A stretch of DNA of 64,000 nt from Candidatus Peregrinibacteria bacterium (GCA_018648865.1 JABGQH010000009.1:12917-76916), one strand, 5' to 3'. Counted from the stretch's first letter, positions 22,188 through 32,264 are shown. The notes: generated by a model from the letters alone, not told the origin. A program made the numbers and translations.

Positions 22188-24632
22188 ATGACTGTGCCTA
22201 AATGTGATATTCGGCAAACTAAGGCAAATACTGGTCTCGTATTGCATAATATACTGGCTGGTAAGCTATCTATAGTTGTATATCTATCATTATTGATTGC
22301 ATTACTTAAAACTGCTGTAGAGTCGGGGGACTATACAATATTCTCGTTTGTTGCTGGACTTATATTATTTGGACTGCACATCGAGACAATATTTATGAAA
22401 GAAAAATTTAGTGGGATAGATGAACAGATAGAAGAGAGCAACCTCGCAAGTTATTTATCAACTGAAATAGTCCGCCATATACATGGCAAAGGAAATCTAA
22501 CTACAAACAAGTTGTTCAATGCATCATTAAAATCAATTAGATCATCTTTTGTTATAAACATGCTGGGTATAGAAAAAAGTTCGATGGCAAAGAAGGTTAA
22601 AAGCAGTTTGCAGAATATAGATGCGCAGTCTTTTCTAAAAGATGCTTTAGCGCATGCAAAAGATCTTGGAATAGAAACCATAACAGCACCAGTCATACTT
22701 TCTACATTTTTAAGAAGTGGAGGAGTATTTAAAGAGTTATTAAATGAATGCGATATATCTATTAATGATTTAGATGAAATTGTTCAGTGGGAGGTATTTA
22801 GCAGGAGGGTTAACGCAAGTGAGTCAACTCTTTCACCTGAAAGCTTTGTTAGGGCATTTGGTTCATTTGGAAGAGGGTGGGTTCAGGGTTATACAAGCGA
22901 ACTTGATCGTGTTACAGATGAGATAAGTGGAAGTGTTCAATGGAGATCAAAGAAGCGTGGATTAATGATTCATAAAAAGAAAATTGAGTCAGCAGTTCAT
23001 ATTCTTTCTAGAAGCGGACAGAAGAATATGTTATTTGTAGGCGATAAAGATGTAGGTAAAGAGACATTAATAGAAAACATTGGGACTCTATTAAGAAAAG
23101 ATGAGATGGAGAATGGGAAAGAACTAACTCGTCTATTAGTTTTAAGAACAGAAGAGATCCTTTCGGGTTACAAGCACCCCGATCGTGTATTACTTAGAGC
23201 TTTAAGTAAGGCAGAAAAGGCAGGAAAATTTGTAATAATCATTAAGGATATTTCATTATTCATGCAGTCCTCTGATAGTAATGTCCGTACAGTTCTTTCT
23301 AAATTTCTACAAAGTAAGTCTATTGGGGTGTTTGCTGTTGCTTCTGCTGATTCTTATCACAAATATGTAAAAGGCAACTCAGCATTTGATAGTCAATTTG
23401 AAAAAATATATGTAGAAGCAGCATCTGGAAAAGAGGCACTTTCTACACTTATGGTTAGATCTATTCAATTACAGAAAGAGAAAGGTAAAAATACATATAT
23501 CACATTCAGGGCTTTAAAAATGCTATTAAGGCTGACAGAAAGATATATGACTAATGCGGGGTTACCTGGTAGTGCGATTTCTGTATTAGAAGACGCAATA
23601 CTTACAGCGAATAACGAAAAACAAAAATATGTTTTAGAGTCTCATATAAGAAAAGCAATATCACTAAAAGCTCGAGTGGATGTAGAAGATGTTTCAACAG
23701 ACGAGAAACAAAAGCTACTTCAGTTAAAGGAAACTCTTAGTACAAGCATAATTGGTCAAGACGAGTCCATTGATGCTCTTGTAGGCGCTTTAAAAAGAGC
23801 CAAAATGGATATTAATGCAGGCAACAGGCCTCTTGGGACATTCTTGTTCTTAGGGCCAACAGGAGTAGGTAAAACACACACTGCAAAAATACTTTCTAAT
23901 GAGTATTTTGGTGGTGAAGAATCACTAATAAGAGTAGATATGAATGAATATGGCACAGAGGAATCTGTATATGGGATTATTGGTGATACGAACCCTAGTG
24001 GTAGTGGCCAGAGTTATTTGACCAAAAGAGTTCAGGATCATCCATTCTCTTTACTGCTTTTAGATGAAATAGAAAAAGCACACCCTGCTGTGTTAAATGT
24101 ATTTCTTCAAATATTAGATGAAGGACACTTAACAGATAATAAGGGTAAGAAAACTGATTTTAGAAATACTATAATTATTGCTACTTCTAATGCAGGAGCT
24201 TTATTTATTAGAGACTTTATTGCAAAGAATAGTAATAAGAAAAAAGATGAATTTAAAAAATCACTAGTAGATACAATAATAAAGGACAGAACATTTTCAC
24301 CTGAATTTATAAATAGATTTGATGAGGTTTTGCTTTATTATCCATTAAATATACACGATACAATTTCTATCGCTTTATTAATGTTAGACGGAATAGTGAC
24401 CGAGATTGCAGAAAAGAAAGGATTTAACATACGAGTAGAAGAAGATATAGTCGCAGAGATAGTAAAGAGAGGTTACTCAGTTGAATTTGGTGCAAGAGAA
24501 ATGAGAAGAGTAATTGTAGATATAATAGAAAATTATCTTGCAGACTATTTGTTGCAGAACAAAGCAAAACGAGGAGACACAATAAAAATATCTCTAAAAG
24601 AAGTTAAGGATTATCTTAAGTCAAAAGAATAA
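22188..24632 (+). CDS. ClpA/ClpB-like AAA+ ATPase with N-terminal TM helices and degenerate first AAA module
   Basis: NBD2 intact (FLGPTGVGKT, LLLDEIEKAH, FGAREMRR); NBD1 degenerate (GDKDVGKE, IIIKDI). Confidence 0.85.
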   Translation: MTVPKCDIRQTKANTGLVLHNILAGKLSIVVYLSLLIALLKTAVESGDYTIFSFVAGLILFGLHIETIFMKEKFSGIDEQIEESNLASYLSTEIVRHIHGKGNLTTNKLFNASLKSIRSSFVINMLGIEKSSMAKKVKSSLQNIDAQSFLKDALAHAKDLGIETITAPVILSTFLRSGGVFKELLNECDISINDLDEIVQWEVFSRRVNASESTLSPESFVRAFGSFGRGWVQGYTSELDRVTDEISGSVQWRSKKRGLMIHKKKIESAVHILSRSGQKNMLFVGDKDVGKETLIENIGTLLRKDEMENGKELTRLLVLRTEEILSGYKHPDRVLLRALSKAEKAGKFVIIIKDISLFMQSSDSNVRTVLSKFLQSKSIGVFAVASADSYHKYVKGNSAFDSQFEKIYVEAASGKEALSTLMVRSIQLQKEKGKNTYITFRALKMLLRLTERYMTNAGLPGSAISVLEDAILTANNEKQKYVLESHIRKAISLKARVDVEDVSTDEKQKLLQLKETLSTSIIGQDESIDALVGALKRAKMDINAGNRPLGTFLFLGPTGVGKTHTAKILSNEYFGGEESLIRVDMNEYGTEESVYGIIGDTNPSGSGQSYLTKRVQDHPFSLLLLDEIEKAHPAVLNVFLQILDEGHLTDNKGKKTDFRNTIIIATSNAGALFIRDFIAKNSNKKKDEFKKSLVDTIIKDRTFSPEFINRFDEVLLYYPLNIHDTISIALLMLDGIVTEIAEKKGFNIRVEEDIVAEIVKRGYSVEFGAREMRRVIVDIIENYLADYLLQNKAKRGDTIKISLKEVKDYLKSKE

Positions 24633-24637
24633 GTAAA

Positions 24638-24952
24638 TTACATCCTAGGCCATATCCTAGCTGCGATAAGAAATGGTGCTATGAATACAGCAATTATTTG
24701 TAATATAAATATCGAGTATACAAAGGTGGCCATTGTGTCTGTTCTTCGGTTAAAGAAATATCCTATAGATACAATAAGACCTACAAATTCAAATAATAAT
24801 AATCCATATTGGATTCCTGTTATTTCTATTGGTATAGAGCCAGTTGTTGGCACATATTGCATTGCTTGAAAAAATACCCAGAGTACATATCCGCTAATAA
24901 AAATGTTTATTGCGGCAAGCCAGCATACGAACGTGGAAAAGCAAGATCTCAT
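24638..24952 (-). CDS. Hypothetical 3-TM membrane protein
   Basis: 104-aa hydrophobic ORF; TGATAGACT -10-like element upstream. Confidence 0.6.
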   Translation of the reverse strand: MRSCFSTFVCWLAAINIFISGYVLWVFFQAMQYVPTTGSIPIEITGIQYGLLLFEFVGLIVSIGYFFNRRTDTMATFVYSIFILQIIAVFIAPFLIAARIWPRM

Positions 24953-24988
24953 TGGGGGAAGAGTCTATCAGAAACTTTTTAGTAACAC

Positions 24989-25036
24989 GAAAAAACCACG
25001 CAGTGATCTAGTAAAAGATTTTGACACTGCGTGGTT
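24989..25036 (-). terminator. Rho-independent terminator after groEL
   Basis: AACCACGCAGTG...CACTGCGTGGTT stem followed by a T-run on the minus strand. Confidence 0.7.
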
Positions 25037-25048
25037 ATTATTGCGGGA

Positions 25049-26698
25049 TTACATCATTCCCATTCCACCCATTCCACCCATTCCTCCTCCAGGTGCTCCG
25101 GCCGGTGCAGCTTCTTCCTTTTTAGGGATTTCACATATTGCTGCTTCTAATGTTAGGAACATGCTAGCTACAGATGCTGCATTCTCTAATGCTGATCTGG
25201 TAACTTTTTTAGGATCAATGATCATTGCTTTTGCTAGATCTTCATACTTGCCTGTTAGAGCGTTGTATCCCTCGTTGCCTTTAGCTTGCCTTACTTTATC
25301 TACTACAACGTCTGCAGGTGCACCAGCGTTGGAAGCAATGTTTTCTAGTGGGGCACTTAGAGCCTCTTTAATAATCTCTACTCCAATTTGTTGATCATCG
25401 TTATCTGTCTTAACTTTTTCAAGTGCATCTAGTGCACGAAGGTATGCAGTCCCACCACCTGGTAGGATTCCTTCTTCTGCAGCTGCACGAGTGGCAGAAA
25501 GAGCATCTTCTACTCTATGTTGTCTTTCTTTTTGTTCGACCTCTGTAGCAGCTCCAACTCTTATTACAGCTACGCCACCAGATAGTTTTGCTAGACGTTC
25601 TTGTAGCTTATCTCTATCAAAATCAGATTTGCTAGATTCAATACCTGCTTTAATTTGACTAATGCGAGCATCAATATCTTGTTTTTCTCCTCCTCCATCA
25701 ACTATCAATGTGTTGTCTTTAGTGGAAACTACTTTTCTAGCAGTCCCTAGATCTTCGATTGTTGCGTTTTCTAGCTTGAGTCCAACCTCTTCACTTATTA
25801 CTCTTCCTCCTGTTAGTGCTGCAATATCGCTTAGGATTTCTTTTCTGCGGTCACCAAATGCAGGTGCTTTTACAGCTAGCGCATTAAATGTACCACGTAG
25901 TCTATTTACAACTAATGTAGCTAGAGCTTCTCCTTCTATACTTTCTGCGATAATCACAATTTCCTTTCTTCCTTTTTGAGCGATTTGCTCAAGTAGAGGA
26001 AGGATCTCTTGAATAGATCCAATCTTTTTATCTGTGATCAAAATGTATGGCTTCTCAAACTCTGCTTCCATTCTGTTTGTATCCGTAACAAAGTAAGGGG
26101 AAATATATCCTTGATCAAACTGCATCCCTTCTACGTATTCTTTTTCTAGTCCTAGTGTCTGCCCTGCTTCTACTGTTATAACGCCGCTTTTACCTGCTTC
26201 ATCTATTACTTCTGCGATTATGTCTCCAACTTCTTCATCTTGAGCAGAGATAGTTGCAACTGCCTTGTATTCTTCTTTTGAACTAATATCTTTTTTCATT
26301 TTGGTTAGCTCATCAGTAACTGTGTTAACTGCTAAATCTATTCCACGCTTGATAGAGATTGCATTTGCACCTTTACCTATGTGTTTTAGGCCTCGTTGCA
26401 TAATTGCAAATGCTAGTACGGTTGCTGTTGTTGTTCCATCTCCTGCAGCATCGTTTGTTTTTGTTGCCGCCTCTTTAACTAGTTGAGCTCCCATATTCTC
26501 AAAACTATCTTCTAGCTCTACTTCTCTTGCTACAGATACTCCATCTTTTGTTACGGTTGGTGCTCCGTATGCTCTTTCTACTATTACATTTCGACCGCTT
26601 GGTCCCATTGTTACTCTAACTGCGTTATATAGCTTTTCTACTCCTTGCAAGATTTGTTCTCTTGCATCGGAGCTAAATTTTATATCTTTTGCTGACAT
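25049..26698 (-). CDS. groL: Chaperonin GroEL
   Basis: [15 protein letters not shown]-terminal repeats. Confidence 0.99.
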   Translation of the reverse strand: MSAKDIKFSSDAREQILQGVEKLYNAVRVTMGPSGRNVIVERAYGAPTVTKDGVSVAREVELEDSFENMGAQLVKEAATKTNDAAGDGTTTATVLAFAIMQRGLKHIGKGANAISIKRGIDLAVNTVTDELTKMKKDISSKEEYKAVATISAQDEEVGDIIAEVIDEAGKSGVITVEAGQTLGLEKEYVEGMQFDQGYISPYFVTDTNRMEAEFEKPYILITDKKIGSIQEILPLLEQIAQKGRKEIVIIAESIEGEALATLVVNRLRGTFNALAVKAPAFGDRRKEILSDIAALTGGRVISEEVGLKLENATIEDLGTARKVVSTKDNTLIVDGGGEKQDIDARISQIKAGIESSKSDFDRDKLQERLAKLSGGVAVIRVGAATEVEQKERQHRVEDALSATRAAAEEGILPGGGTAYLRALDALEKVKTDNDDQQIGVEIIKEALSAPLENIASNAGAPADVVVDKVRQAKGNEGYNALTGKYEDLAKAMIIDPKKVTRSALENAASVASMFLTLEAAICEIPKKEEAAPAGAPGGGMGGMGGMGMM

Positions 26699-26740
26699 AT
26701 GGTTTGGGGGAAATTAACGGATTGAATTAAAAATTATAAA

Positions 26741-27070
26741 TTAAACGACTTTTCCTAAAACAGAATCTAAACGAAGTACTTTAACTTCTACTTCTTTGCC
26801 TTCTTCTGTTTTTAATTTAACTTCATCTCCTGAATATTTTCCAAATAGAACTTTGTCTCCTTTTTTCAAGAATTTAGTTGGATCAGGCATATCTTCGCCT
26901 GTTCCTCCTTTTCCAAGTGCAAGCACTATGCCTTCGCTTGGTTTTTCTCCTGTTGCAGTATCTGGCAACACAATTCCAGACTGTGTAACTTGCTCTCGTT
27001 CAAGTGGCATAACAAGTATGCGATCTCCTAGTGGTTCTACTTCTACAGCGAGTTTTGGAATATTAGACAT
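26741..27070 (-). CDS. groS: Co-chaperonin GroES
   Basis: PLGDRILV, SGIVLPDTA, GDKVLFGKYSG. Confidence 0.97.
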   Translation of the reverse strand: MSNIPKLAVEVEPLGDRILVMPLEREQVTQSGIVLPDTATGEKPSEGIVLALGKGGTGEDMPDPTKFLKKGDKVLFGKYSGDEVKLKTEEGKEVEVKVLRLDSVLGKVV

Positions 27071-27100
27071 ATAATAAGGGGTTAAATGTAATTGAAGTAT

Positions 27101-27127
27101 CTAGCACTTAATGAATGAGAGTGCTAA
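27101..27127 (-). promoter_or_regulatory. CIRCE element (HrcA operator) upstream of groES
   Basis: Minus strand TTAGCACTC-N9-AAGTGCTAG versus consensus TTAGCACTC-N9-GAGTGCTAA. Confidence 0.9.
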
Positions 27128-27282
27128 TGACCGAAGTATGGTACCAGTCGTTTATTAGATTTGGTATAGAAAAAGCTTCCTTTATTAAGAATGTTCAAGC
27201 CGAGAATATCTTTATATGGTAGTCAAGTAGAGGAATTAAAATTCTTTGGTATAGTCTTTCACAATCTTTCCCGTTTTTTATT

Positions 27283-28707
27283 ATGAAGAAATTATCAACT
27301 TTATTATTTATATCTGGTTTAACAACTGGAGTATTAGTTACGTCTGCCATTGGACAGGGTGGTTTGGGATCCCTAATTTTTCCAGACGTACCTGTTGGCT
27401 CTTATTATGATGCATCTATTGGCGAAATGGCATCACTTGGTATTATTACAGGATTCGCAGATGGTACATTTAAGCCAAATGATCCACTAAGCAGAGGCCA
27501 AGCAGCTGTTTTAATGAAAAGGCTTAGGGATGAAATAAAAGGCATAACTTCGTCATCTAGTAGCAGATCATCAGTTTCTTCTAGTTCATCTTCAAGCTCT
27601 TCTTCTAGTAGTTCTACTTCTAGTTCTTCTTCTAGTAGTTCAATTCCATCATCTGGGCTGGTTAGATTTACAGCTTCTCAGTACAGAGTAAATGAGGATG
27701 CAGGCACTGTTACAGTCACTCTTGTGAGGGCAGCTGGCAATAGAGGAGTTGTTACAGTTGATTACACACTTGTTGCAGACTCTGCTACCGAAGACGAGGA
27801 TTACGAAAAGCAAGAAGGCACAGTAAGATTTGATTCTGGTGTTACAAGTGCACGATTTGATTTAGCAATTTTAGACGATCAAGACCAAGAAGGAGATGAG
27901 ACATTTAAAATTACTCTAGATAATATTACTGGCGGAGCAGGTAGAACTACTCCAGACGAAGCAACAATATTAATTAATGATGATGAAACAGCTAGCAGTA
28001 GCTCAAGTTCTTCTGTTGCAGATGGTCCAGAAGAGGGAACATTTAAGTTCTCTGCTTTAGACTTTGCAGCTTCAGAGGAAATTGACACAGCAACAATCCG
28101 AGTGGTAAGGACAGGTGGAGATACAGGATCTGTTTCTGTTAATTATGGGATGACAAATGGAACTGCAAGATCATCCAATTATAATAGTACAAGTGGAGTA
28201 CTTAATTTCTCAGGAGGAGAAACAGAAAAAACGTTTACTATTACAATTCTGGATAATTCAGATATGGGTGGTAACAAAACAGTAAACTTATCACTATCTA
28301 ATCCAACAGGAGGTGCAGAGATTGGCGATTCAACCGCTCTACTAACAATCTATGATGATGAAAATTCATCATTTGGCTCAGGATCACTTAAATTGAGTCA
28401 TACAGAATTCGAGGTTTTAGAAAGTGATGGGGAGGCAATTATTACTATAAAGAGACTAGGGGGAGCAATGGGGGAAGTTTCTGTTAAGTTTAAAACCATC
28501 TCCAATACAGCAACAGCTGGGTCAGATTATGAGAATGTAGATGAAATTATCGTATTTAAAGATGGCGAAGCGTCTAAAACAGTAATCATACCTGTATTAA
28601 AGGATTTGGTATCAGACGGAGGAGAATCAGTAAATCTAAGACTTCAGGATCCAACAGGTGGTGCGACTATTATTACACCTAGTACGGCAATCCTTTATAT
28701 ATATTAG
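27283..28707 (+). CDS. SLH + three Calx-beta domain surface protein
   Basis: FPDVP...GIITGFADGTFKPNDPLSRGQ; poly-Ser linker; three VxE/DxGxATVxVxR...DY Calx-beta repeats. Confidence 0.9.
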   Translation: MKKLSTLLFISGLTTGVLVTSAIGQGGLGSLIFPDVPVGSYYDASIGEMASLGIITGFADGTFKPNDPLSRGQAAVLMKRLRDEIKGITSSSSSRSSVSSSSSSSSSSSSSTSSSSSSSSIPSSGLVRFTASQYRVNEDAGTVTVTLVRAAGNRGVVTVDYTLVADSATEDEDYEKQEGTVRFDSGVTSARFDLAILDDQDQEGDETFKITLDNITGGAGRTTPDEATILINDDETASSSSSSSVADGPEEGTFKFSALDFAASEEIDTATIRVVRTGGDTGSVSVNYGMTNGTARSSNYNSTSGVLNFSGGETEKTFTITILDNSDMGGNKTVNLSLSNPTGGAEIGDSTALLTIYDDENSSFGSGSLKLSHTEFEVLESDGEAIITIKRLGGAMGEVSVKFKTISNTATAGSDYENVDEIIVFKDGEASKTVIIPVLKDLVSDGGESVNLRLQDPTGGATIITPSTAILYIY

Positions 28708-28716
28708 TTTGAATAT

Positions 28717-28766
28717 AAAAAGGGGAGAGGCATACAGGGTTAGCCCGCATGCATCTCCCTTTTTTT
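28717..28766. terminator. Bidirectional terminator between convergent genes
   Basis: AAAAAGGGGAGAGGCAT...ATGCATCTCCCTTTTTTT hairpin flanked by A and T runs. Confidence 0.7.
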
Positions 28767-28777
28767 AGACTCGAGGA

Positions 28778-28987
28778 TTATTCCTCTGTCTCTTCTTCTG
28801 TTTCTTCCTCTGTCTCTTCTTCTGTTACAGTTGGTTCTTCTGTTTCTTCCTCTGTAACTTCTACTACTGCATCTTCTTCCATTACAGGTTCTGCATCTGT
28901 ACCCATAAAGAAGTATGCAAGAGCAACTAGCACAGCAATAACGATAACTGTGATGAATAGTTTGGATTTGCAACACTTAGACGACAT
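28778..28987 (-). CDS. Small single-TM protein with Glu-rich (TEEE) tail
   Basis: MSSKCCKSKLFITVIVIAVLVALAYFF + EETE repeats; TTTCCC motif 8 nt upstream of ATG 28987. Confidence 0.7.
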   Translation of the reverse strand: MSSKCCKSKLFITVIVIAVLVALAYFFMGTDAEPVMEEDAVVEVTEEETEEPTVTEEETEEETEEETEE

Positions 28988-29108
28988 AAATAAAAGGGAA
29001 AATGAATAATGTAAGCCGAAGTATAACAAGGAATGCAATCAAAATGCCATACCCTTTTTATTTTAGTGATAATTGCTTCAAATTTGTATCATCGTATACT
29101 CAACATAT

Positions 29109-29155
29109 GCCGATCAGCCTTCGCTCTCACGAGCTTCGGCCGACAAGAGTGGCGG
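29109..29155 (+). pseudogene. Degenerate 5' fragment of tRNA-Leu(CAG) split by a 34-bp hairpin-like insert
   Basis: GCCGA[tcagccttcgctctcacgagcttcggccgacaag]AGTGGCGG equals tRNA nt 1-13; directly follows a TTGCTT-16-TATACT promoter. Confidence 0.5.
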
Positions 29156-29209
29156 CACGCCGCGAATGCGGGGATGAATACCTCAATAACTGTTCCTTTT
29201 ATCTATATT

Positions 29210-29259
29210 GCCGAAGTGGCGGAATTGGTAGACCTGCCTGCCGGCAGGCAGGCGCGCAC
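29210..29259 (+). pseudogene. 5' fragment of tRNA-Leu(CAG) interrupted by a 20-bp palindrome CCTGCCTGCCGGCAGGCAGG (29233-29252)
   Basis: GCCGAAGTGGCGGAATTGGTAGA[palindrome]CGCGCAC is identical to the first 30 nt of the tRNA at 29313. Confidence 0.9.
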
Positions 29260-29312
29260 ATCAAATAAATGTGCAATAATTAACTCCGATATGTTCTTTC
29301 TAAAAAAGTTAT

Positions 29313-29399
29313 GCCGAAGTGGCGGAATTGGTAGACGCGCACGATTCAGGTTCGTGTGAGCGCAAGCTTGTGAGAGTTCGAGTCTCTCCTTCGGCACCA
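29313..29399 (+). tRNA. tRNA-Leu (anticodon CAG), CCA encoded
   Basis: CACGA-TT-CAG-GT-TCGTG anticodon arm, GTTCGAGTC T-loop, acceptor GCCGAAG/CTTCGGC-ACCA. Confidence 0.95.
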
Positions 29400-29448
29400 A
29401 AGTTAAATTCGAGTAGATTACAAATGTAAACAATCCATGTCGTGATTT

Positions 29449-31473
29449 TTGTTATGTCTTATGTCATCATGTCCTAGTATGCGATTAATAAATAAATTGA
29501 CCCGCGAACAGTGGGTCCAATGGTTACTATTATGTTTTGTAGTTGTCGCAGTAATGTGGAGAGGCGGAAAAAGCATAGATGTTACTTGGGTTTTAACTGG
29601 TATTGCAGGAGCTGTTGTATTCTCTTCATTTTTAAGCTTAAAAGAAAAAGCATCAGATCGTATGCCTGCATTTTTGTGGGTAGCTGTTATGTCATTCCTC
29701 GTTTTAACAGTTGTTAGTTATTTTTATTCTTCTGCAAAAAATTATGGTTTTGATGAAGTAATTAGAACAGGGTCTTTATTACTCTTATTTTTGTGGGCAG
29801 TTCGTAAAGCACAGGACTCAGTAGATTTAAGAGAGAATGAAACATGTACGCATTTTATTAGGGTGCTAAGTATCGCAACTCTAACTGCATGTGGTATCGG
29901 ATTAGTCGTTTATACATTTCAGCCTGTTAATAGATTTGTAGGTACATTTTTCGATTTTAGATTCCATACTGATTATTGGCCTAATGCTTGGGCAAACTAT
30001 CTATTGCTTACATGGCCTATTGTTGCTGAGTGGGTATTTAGAAACCCAATAGAATCAAATACAAAATCTCAATACTCAGTAAACATAATTATTAGATCAT
30101 TAATATTAGGATTTGTTATTGGCTGTTTGTTCCTTAGTTTCTCTAGAGGCGCGATAATTGCATTTGTAGGACAAATAATTCTTTTGTCTGGGATCTTATA
30201 TATAAAGAAGCTAGATAAAACTGAGTGGAAGAGAAAAGCAATTAAGGTAGGAATGATTTTTGTTGTTTCTTTATTAGTATTCCAGTTTGCAAACATTCTT
30301 AGGTCAGATGTACATCAAGTATTATCTGTAGGAAAGAAAATTACATTTAGTGCAGATGAAGGTGTTTCATCTGTTTCTGAAAGGTCCGAGTTTTGGAAAC
30401 AGTCAATATCCTTAATAAAAGAAGAGCCACTGCTCGGATGGGGCCCATATAGTTTTAGGTTTATTCAGCCTCATTCACAGACACAAGTTCTTGCTACATC
30501 GGATCATCCTCATAATGTATTTTTGAAAATTGCAGTAGAAAGAGGAGTAATAGCATCGCTTATACTATTAATATTGCTTGGATTAATTTTATATAAGGGT
30601 ATCTATTCAGAGGTTAGAAAGGAGAGCCAATCAAATAATTCACTAAATATTTTGATCATTGTTTCTCTTGCTGGAGTTATTTCTCATAGTTTGATTGATT
30701 ATAATCTCCAGTTTGTTGGAATTGCGTTACCGTTTTGGTTACTAGTAGGATTTTTGTCTGGGTCATTATTTAATGATTCTAAATTTGTAGTACATAGAAA
30801 AATTTCTGTGTCTTTGGAGGTCATATTAGTTTCTATACTACTATTTGCTGCCCTATTTGAGGGCGTGTATCTAGTTACCTCATCTCTAGGTAGGCATGCA
30901 GAAGCAAGAGGAGAAGAGAGAATCGCTATGCGTTGGTATCAAAGGTCTAGTAATGAATGGTTCAGTAGGGACCTACATTTAAGTAGATCCAAAATACTAT
31001 TTAGTCAGGGCAATCTAACAGAGGCAGAAAGAGCAGCTAGGCAATACATTAAACTGAATAAGAGTGACTATAGATCTTGGAAACTATTAGGAGAGATCTA
31101 TGAGGAGATGGGTGTAGATGATAAGGCTGTATCTTCTTATGAGACTGCGTATCAGTATGGTGTATATAATGATTTAGGAATATTACATGGCTTGGTTCGA
31201 TCTTATCTAGCCTGGAACAGGGCAGAGGAAATTGATGCTAGAAGAGAAGAGTTTGATTCTATAATTTCAGATTTTGCTAATGCTTTTACTTATAACACTC
31301 ATTTTGTAAGTCTTTCACCAAATGTTGAGGAATTTGTTTCCCTATGTGAGTTATTTGCTCGTTTGTATCCAGAGGATGCTCCATCCTATTTTGTATTAGC
31401 TGCTAGAGCAGATCATTATGCAGGCGTAGAAAGAGACAGAATTGATGCGAGGCCTCCAGGATTCTTGTGGTAG
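29449..31473 (+). CDS. O-antigen ligase (Wzy_C)-like membrane protein with C-terminal TPR
   Basis: SFSRGA, ERSEFWK...PLLGWGPYSF, HPHNVFL...ERG, HSLIDYNL; start likely at a downstream ATG. Confidence 0.85.
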   Translation: MLCLMSSCPSMRLINKLTREQWVQWLLLCFVVVAVMWRGGKSIDVTWVLTGIAGAVVFSSFLSLKEKASDRMPAFLWVAVMSFLVLTVVSYFYSSAKNYGFDEVIRTGSLLLLFLWAVRKAQDSVDLRENETCTHFIRVLSIATLTACGIGLVVYTFQPVNRFVGTFFDFRFHTDYWPNAWANYLLLTWPIVAEWVFRNPIESNTKSQYSVNIIIRSLILGFVIGCLFLSFSRGAIIAFVGQIILLSGILYIKKLDKTEWKRKAIKVGMIFVVSLLVFQFANILRSDVHQVLSVGKKITFSADEGVSSVSERSEFWKQSISLIKEEPLLGWGPYSFRFIQPHSQTQVLATSDHPHNVFLKIAVERGVIASLILLILLGLILYKGIYSEVRKESQSNNSLNILIIVSLAGVISHSLIDYNLQFVGIALPFWLLVGFLSGSLFNDSKFVVHRKISVSLEVILVSILLFAALFEGVYLVTSSLGRHAEARGEERIAMRWYQRSSNEWFSRDLHLSRSKILFSQGNLTEAERAARQYIKLNKSDYRSWKLLGEIYEEMGVDDKAVSSYETAYQYGVYNDLGILHGLVRSYLAWNRAEEIDARREEFDSIISDFANAFTYNTHFVSLSPNVEEFVSLCELFARLYPEDAPSYFVLAARADHYAGVERDRIDARPPGFLW

Positions 31474-31475
31474 TT

Positions 31476-31527
31476 TTGTATTACAATGTATTACAAAGGT
31501 GATGAAATGTAATACAATGTAATACAA
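31476..31527. repeat. 20-bp inverted repeat built from tandem TGTA(A/T)TACAA decamers
   Basis: TTGTATTACAATGTATTACA ... TGTAATACAATGTAATACAA (1 mismatch). Confidence 0.8.
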
Positions 31528-31551
31528 TTTTAATTAATTTATAATTCATAT

Positions 31552-32076
31552 ATGAATAATATCTCATCACTAATGGTAATAAGTCTATTTGCACCACTTT
31601 GCCTGCTAACATCCTGTAAAGAAGAAAAGGTATCTATACAGAAGCCAGATAATCTAGAAACTCATAGCCAGCCAATGCCAACAGGGGGAGTAGTAGTAGA
31701 TGATAGATTTGGAAAAGAAGTTTGGTTTGCATATGGTTCAATAAATGGAGAAGGGGACACAAGCGCAAATGGAGTATTGCAGGCACATTATTTTGAAGAT
31801 GGCTCTTATGCTCAAGAAATGCAATTAAATATACAAAGACCAGAGGATGGCAGTTTCTTTGAGGCTTGGTTAATTAATCCAGATACAGGTGATTTAATTA
31901 GTGCTGGGCATCTGCATACAATGTTTGGAGACGTGCGTCACGCCAACCAATTTACAAGTGATATAGATTATAGGTCCTATACTATTGTTCATGTTACAAA
32001 AGAATTGGATGACGGTGATCCAAAGCCATCTGATATTTTAGTAGCAAAAGGAACACTTAAGCCCGTAGAACGCTAA
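31552..32076 (+). CDS. Putative lipoprotein, RskA C-terminal/DM13-like domain
   Basis: Lipobox LLTSC; FFEAWLI...ISAG...VTKELDDGDPKPS pattern. Confidence 0.65.
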   Translation: MNNISSLMVISLFAPLCLLTSCKEEKVSIQKPDNLETHSQPMPTGGVVVDDRFGKEVWFAYGSINGEGDTSANGVLQAHYFEDGSYAQEMQLNIQRPEDGSFFEAWLINPDTGDLISAGHLHTMFGDVRHANQFTSDIDYRSYTIVHVTKELDDGDPKPSDILVAKGTLKPVER

Positions 32077-32147
32077 GCGTCTTGGCTATTAGTGATAAAT
32101 TTTATTTGCTCGTTGTTTCTTCCTCTTCAGATTTTACTCTCTAGGGA

Positions 32148-32264
32148 CTAAAGAGTTGGAAGGCTCATCACCATACTTAATGTAAGGAAGGCAATGAGGA
32201 ACGCGTGCATTAGCACTACATTGGAAGAAACACGTTGTGTGAAGTGTTTCACGTTACTTATCAT
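32148..32264 (-). CDS. Unannotated 38-aa single-TM peptide
   Basis: MISNVKHFTQRVSSNVVLMHAFLIAFLTLSMVMSLPTL*; C-rich motif before ATG and TATAAT about 70 nt upstream. Confidence 0.5.
   Translation of the reverse strand: MISNVKHFTQRVSSNVVLMHAFLIAFLTLSMVMSLPTL

Noticed and set aside
27548-27652. TCT/AGT-rich low-complexity repeats (also near 3280-3420, 4440-4650 and 28780-28870)
   Set aside because: Explained by poly-Ser and acidic protein linkers
29210-29259. Prophage or ICE attachment site
   Set aside because: The duplicate is of the tRNA 5' end, only about 100 bp from the gene, with no integrase or cargo in between
29418-29429. TTACAAATGTAA cop-box-like palindrome
   Set aside because: Single short AT-rich match with no copper-resistance genes nearby; likely chance
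29002-29433. Short ORFs over the tRNA-Leu region (including PACRQAG and LPAGRQ peptides)
   Set aside because: They are translations of tRNA fragments and the palindrome
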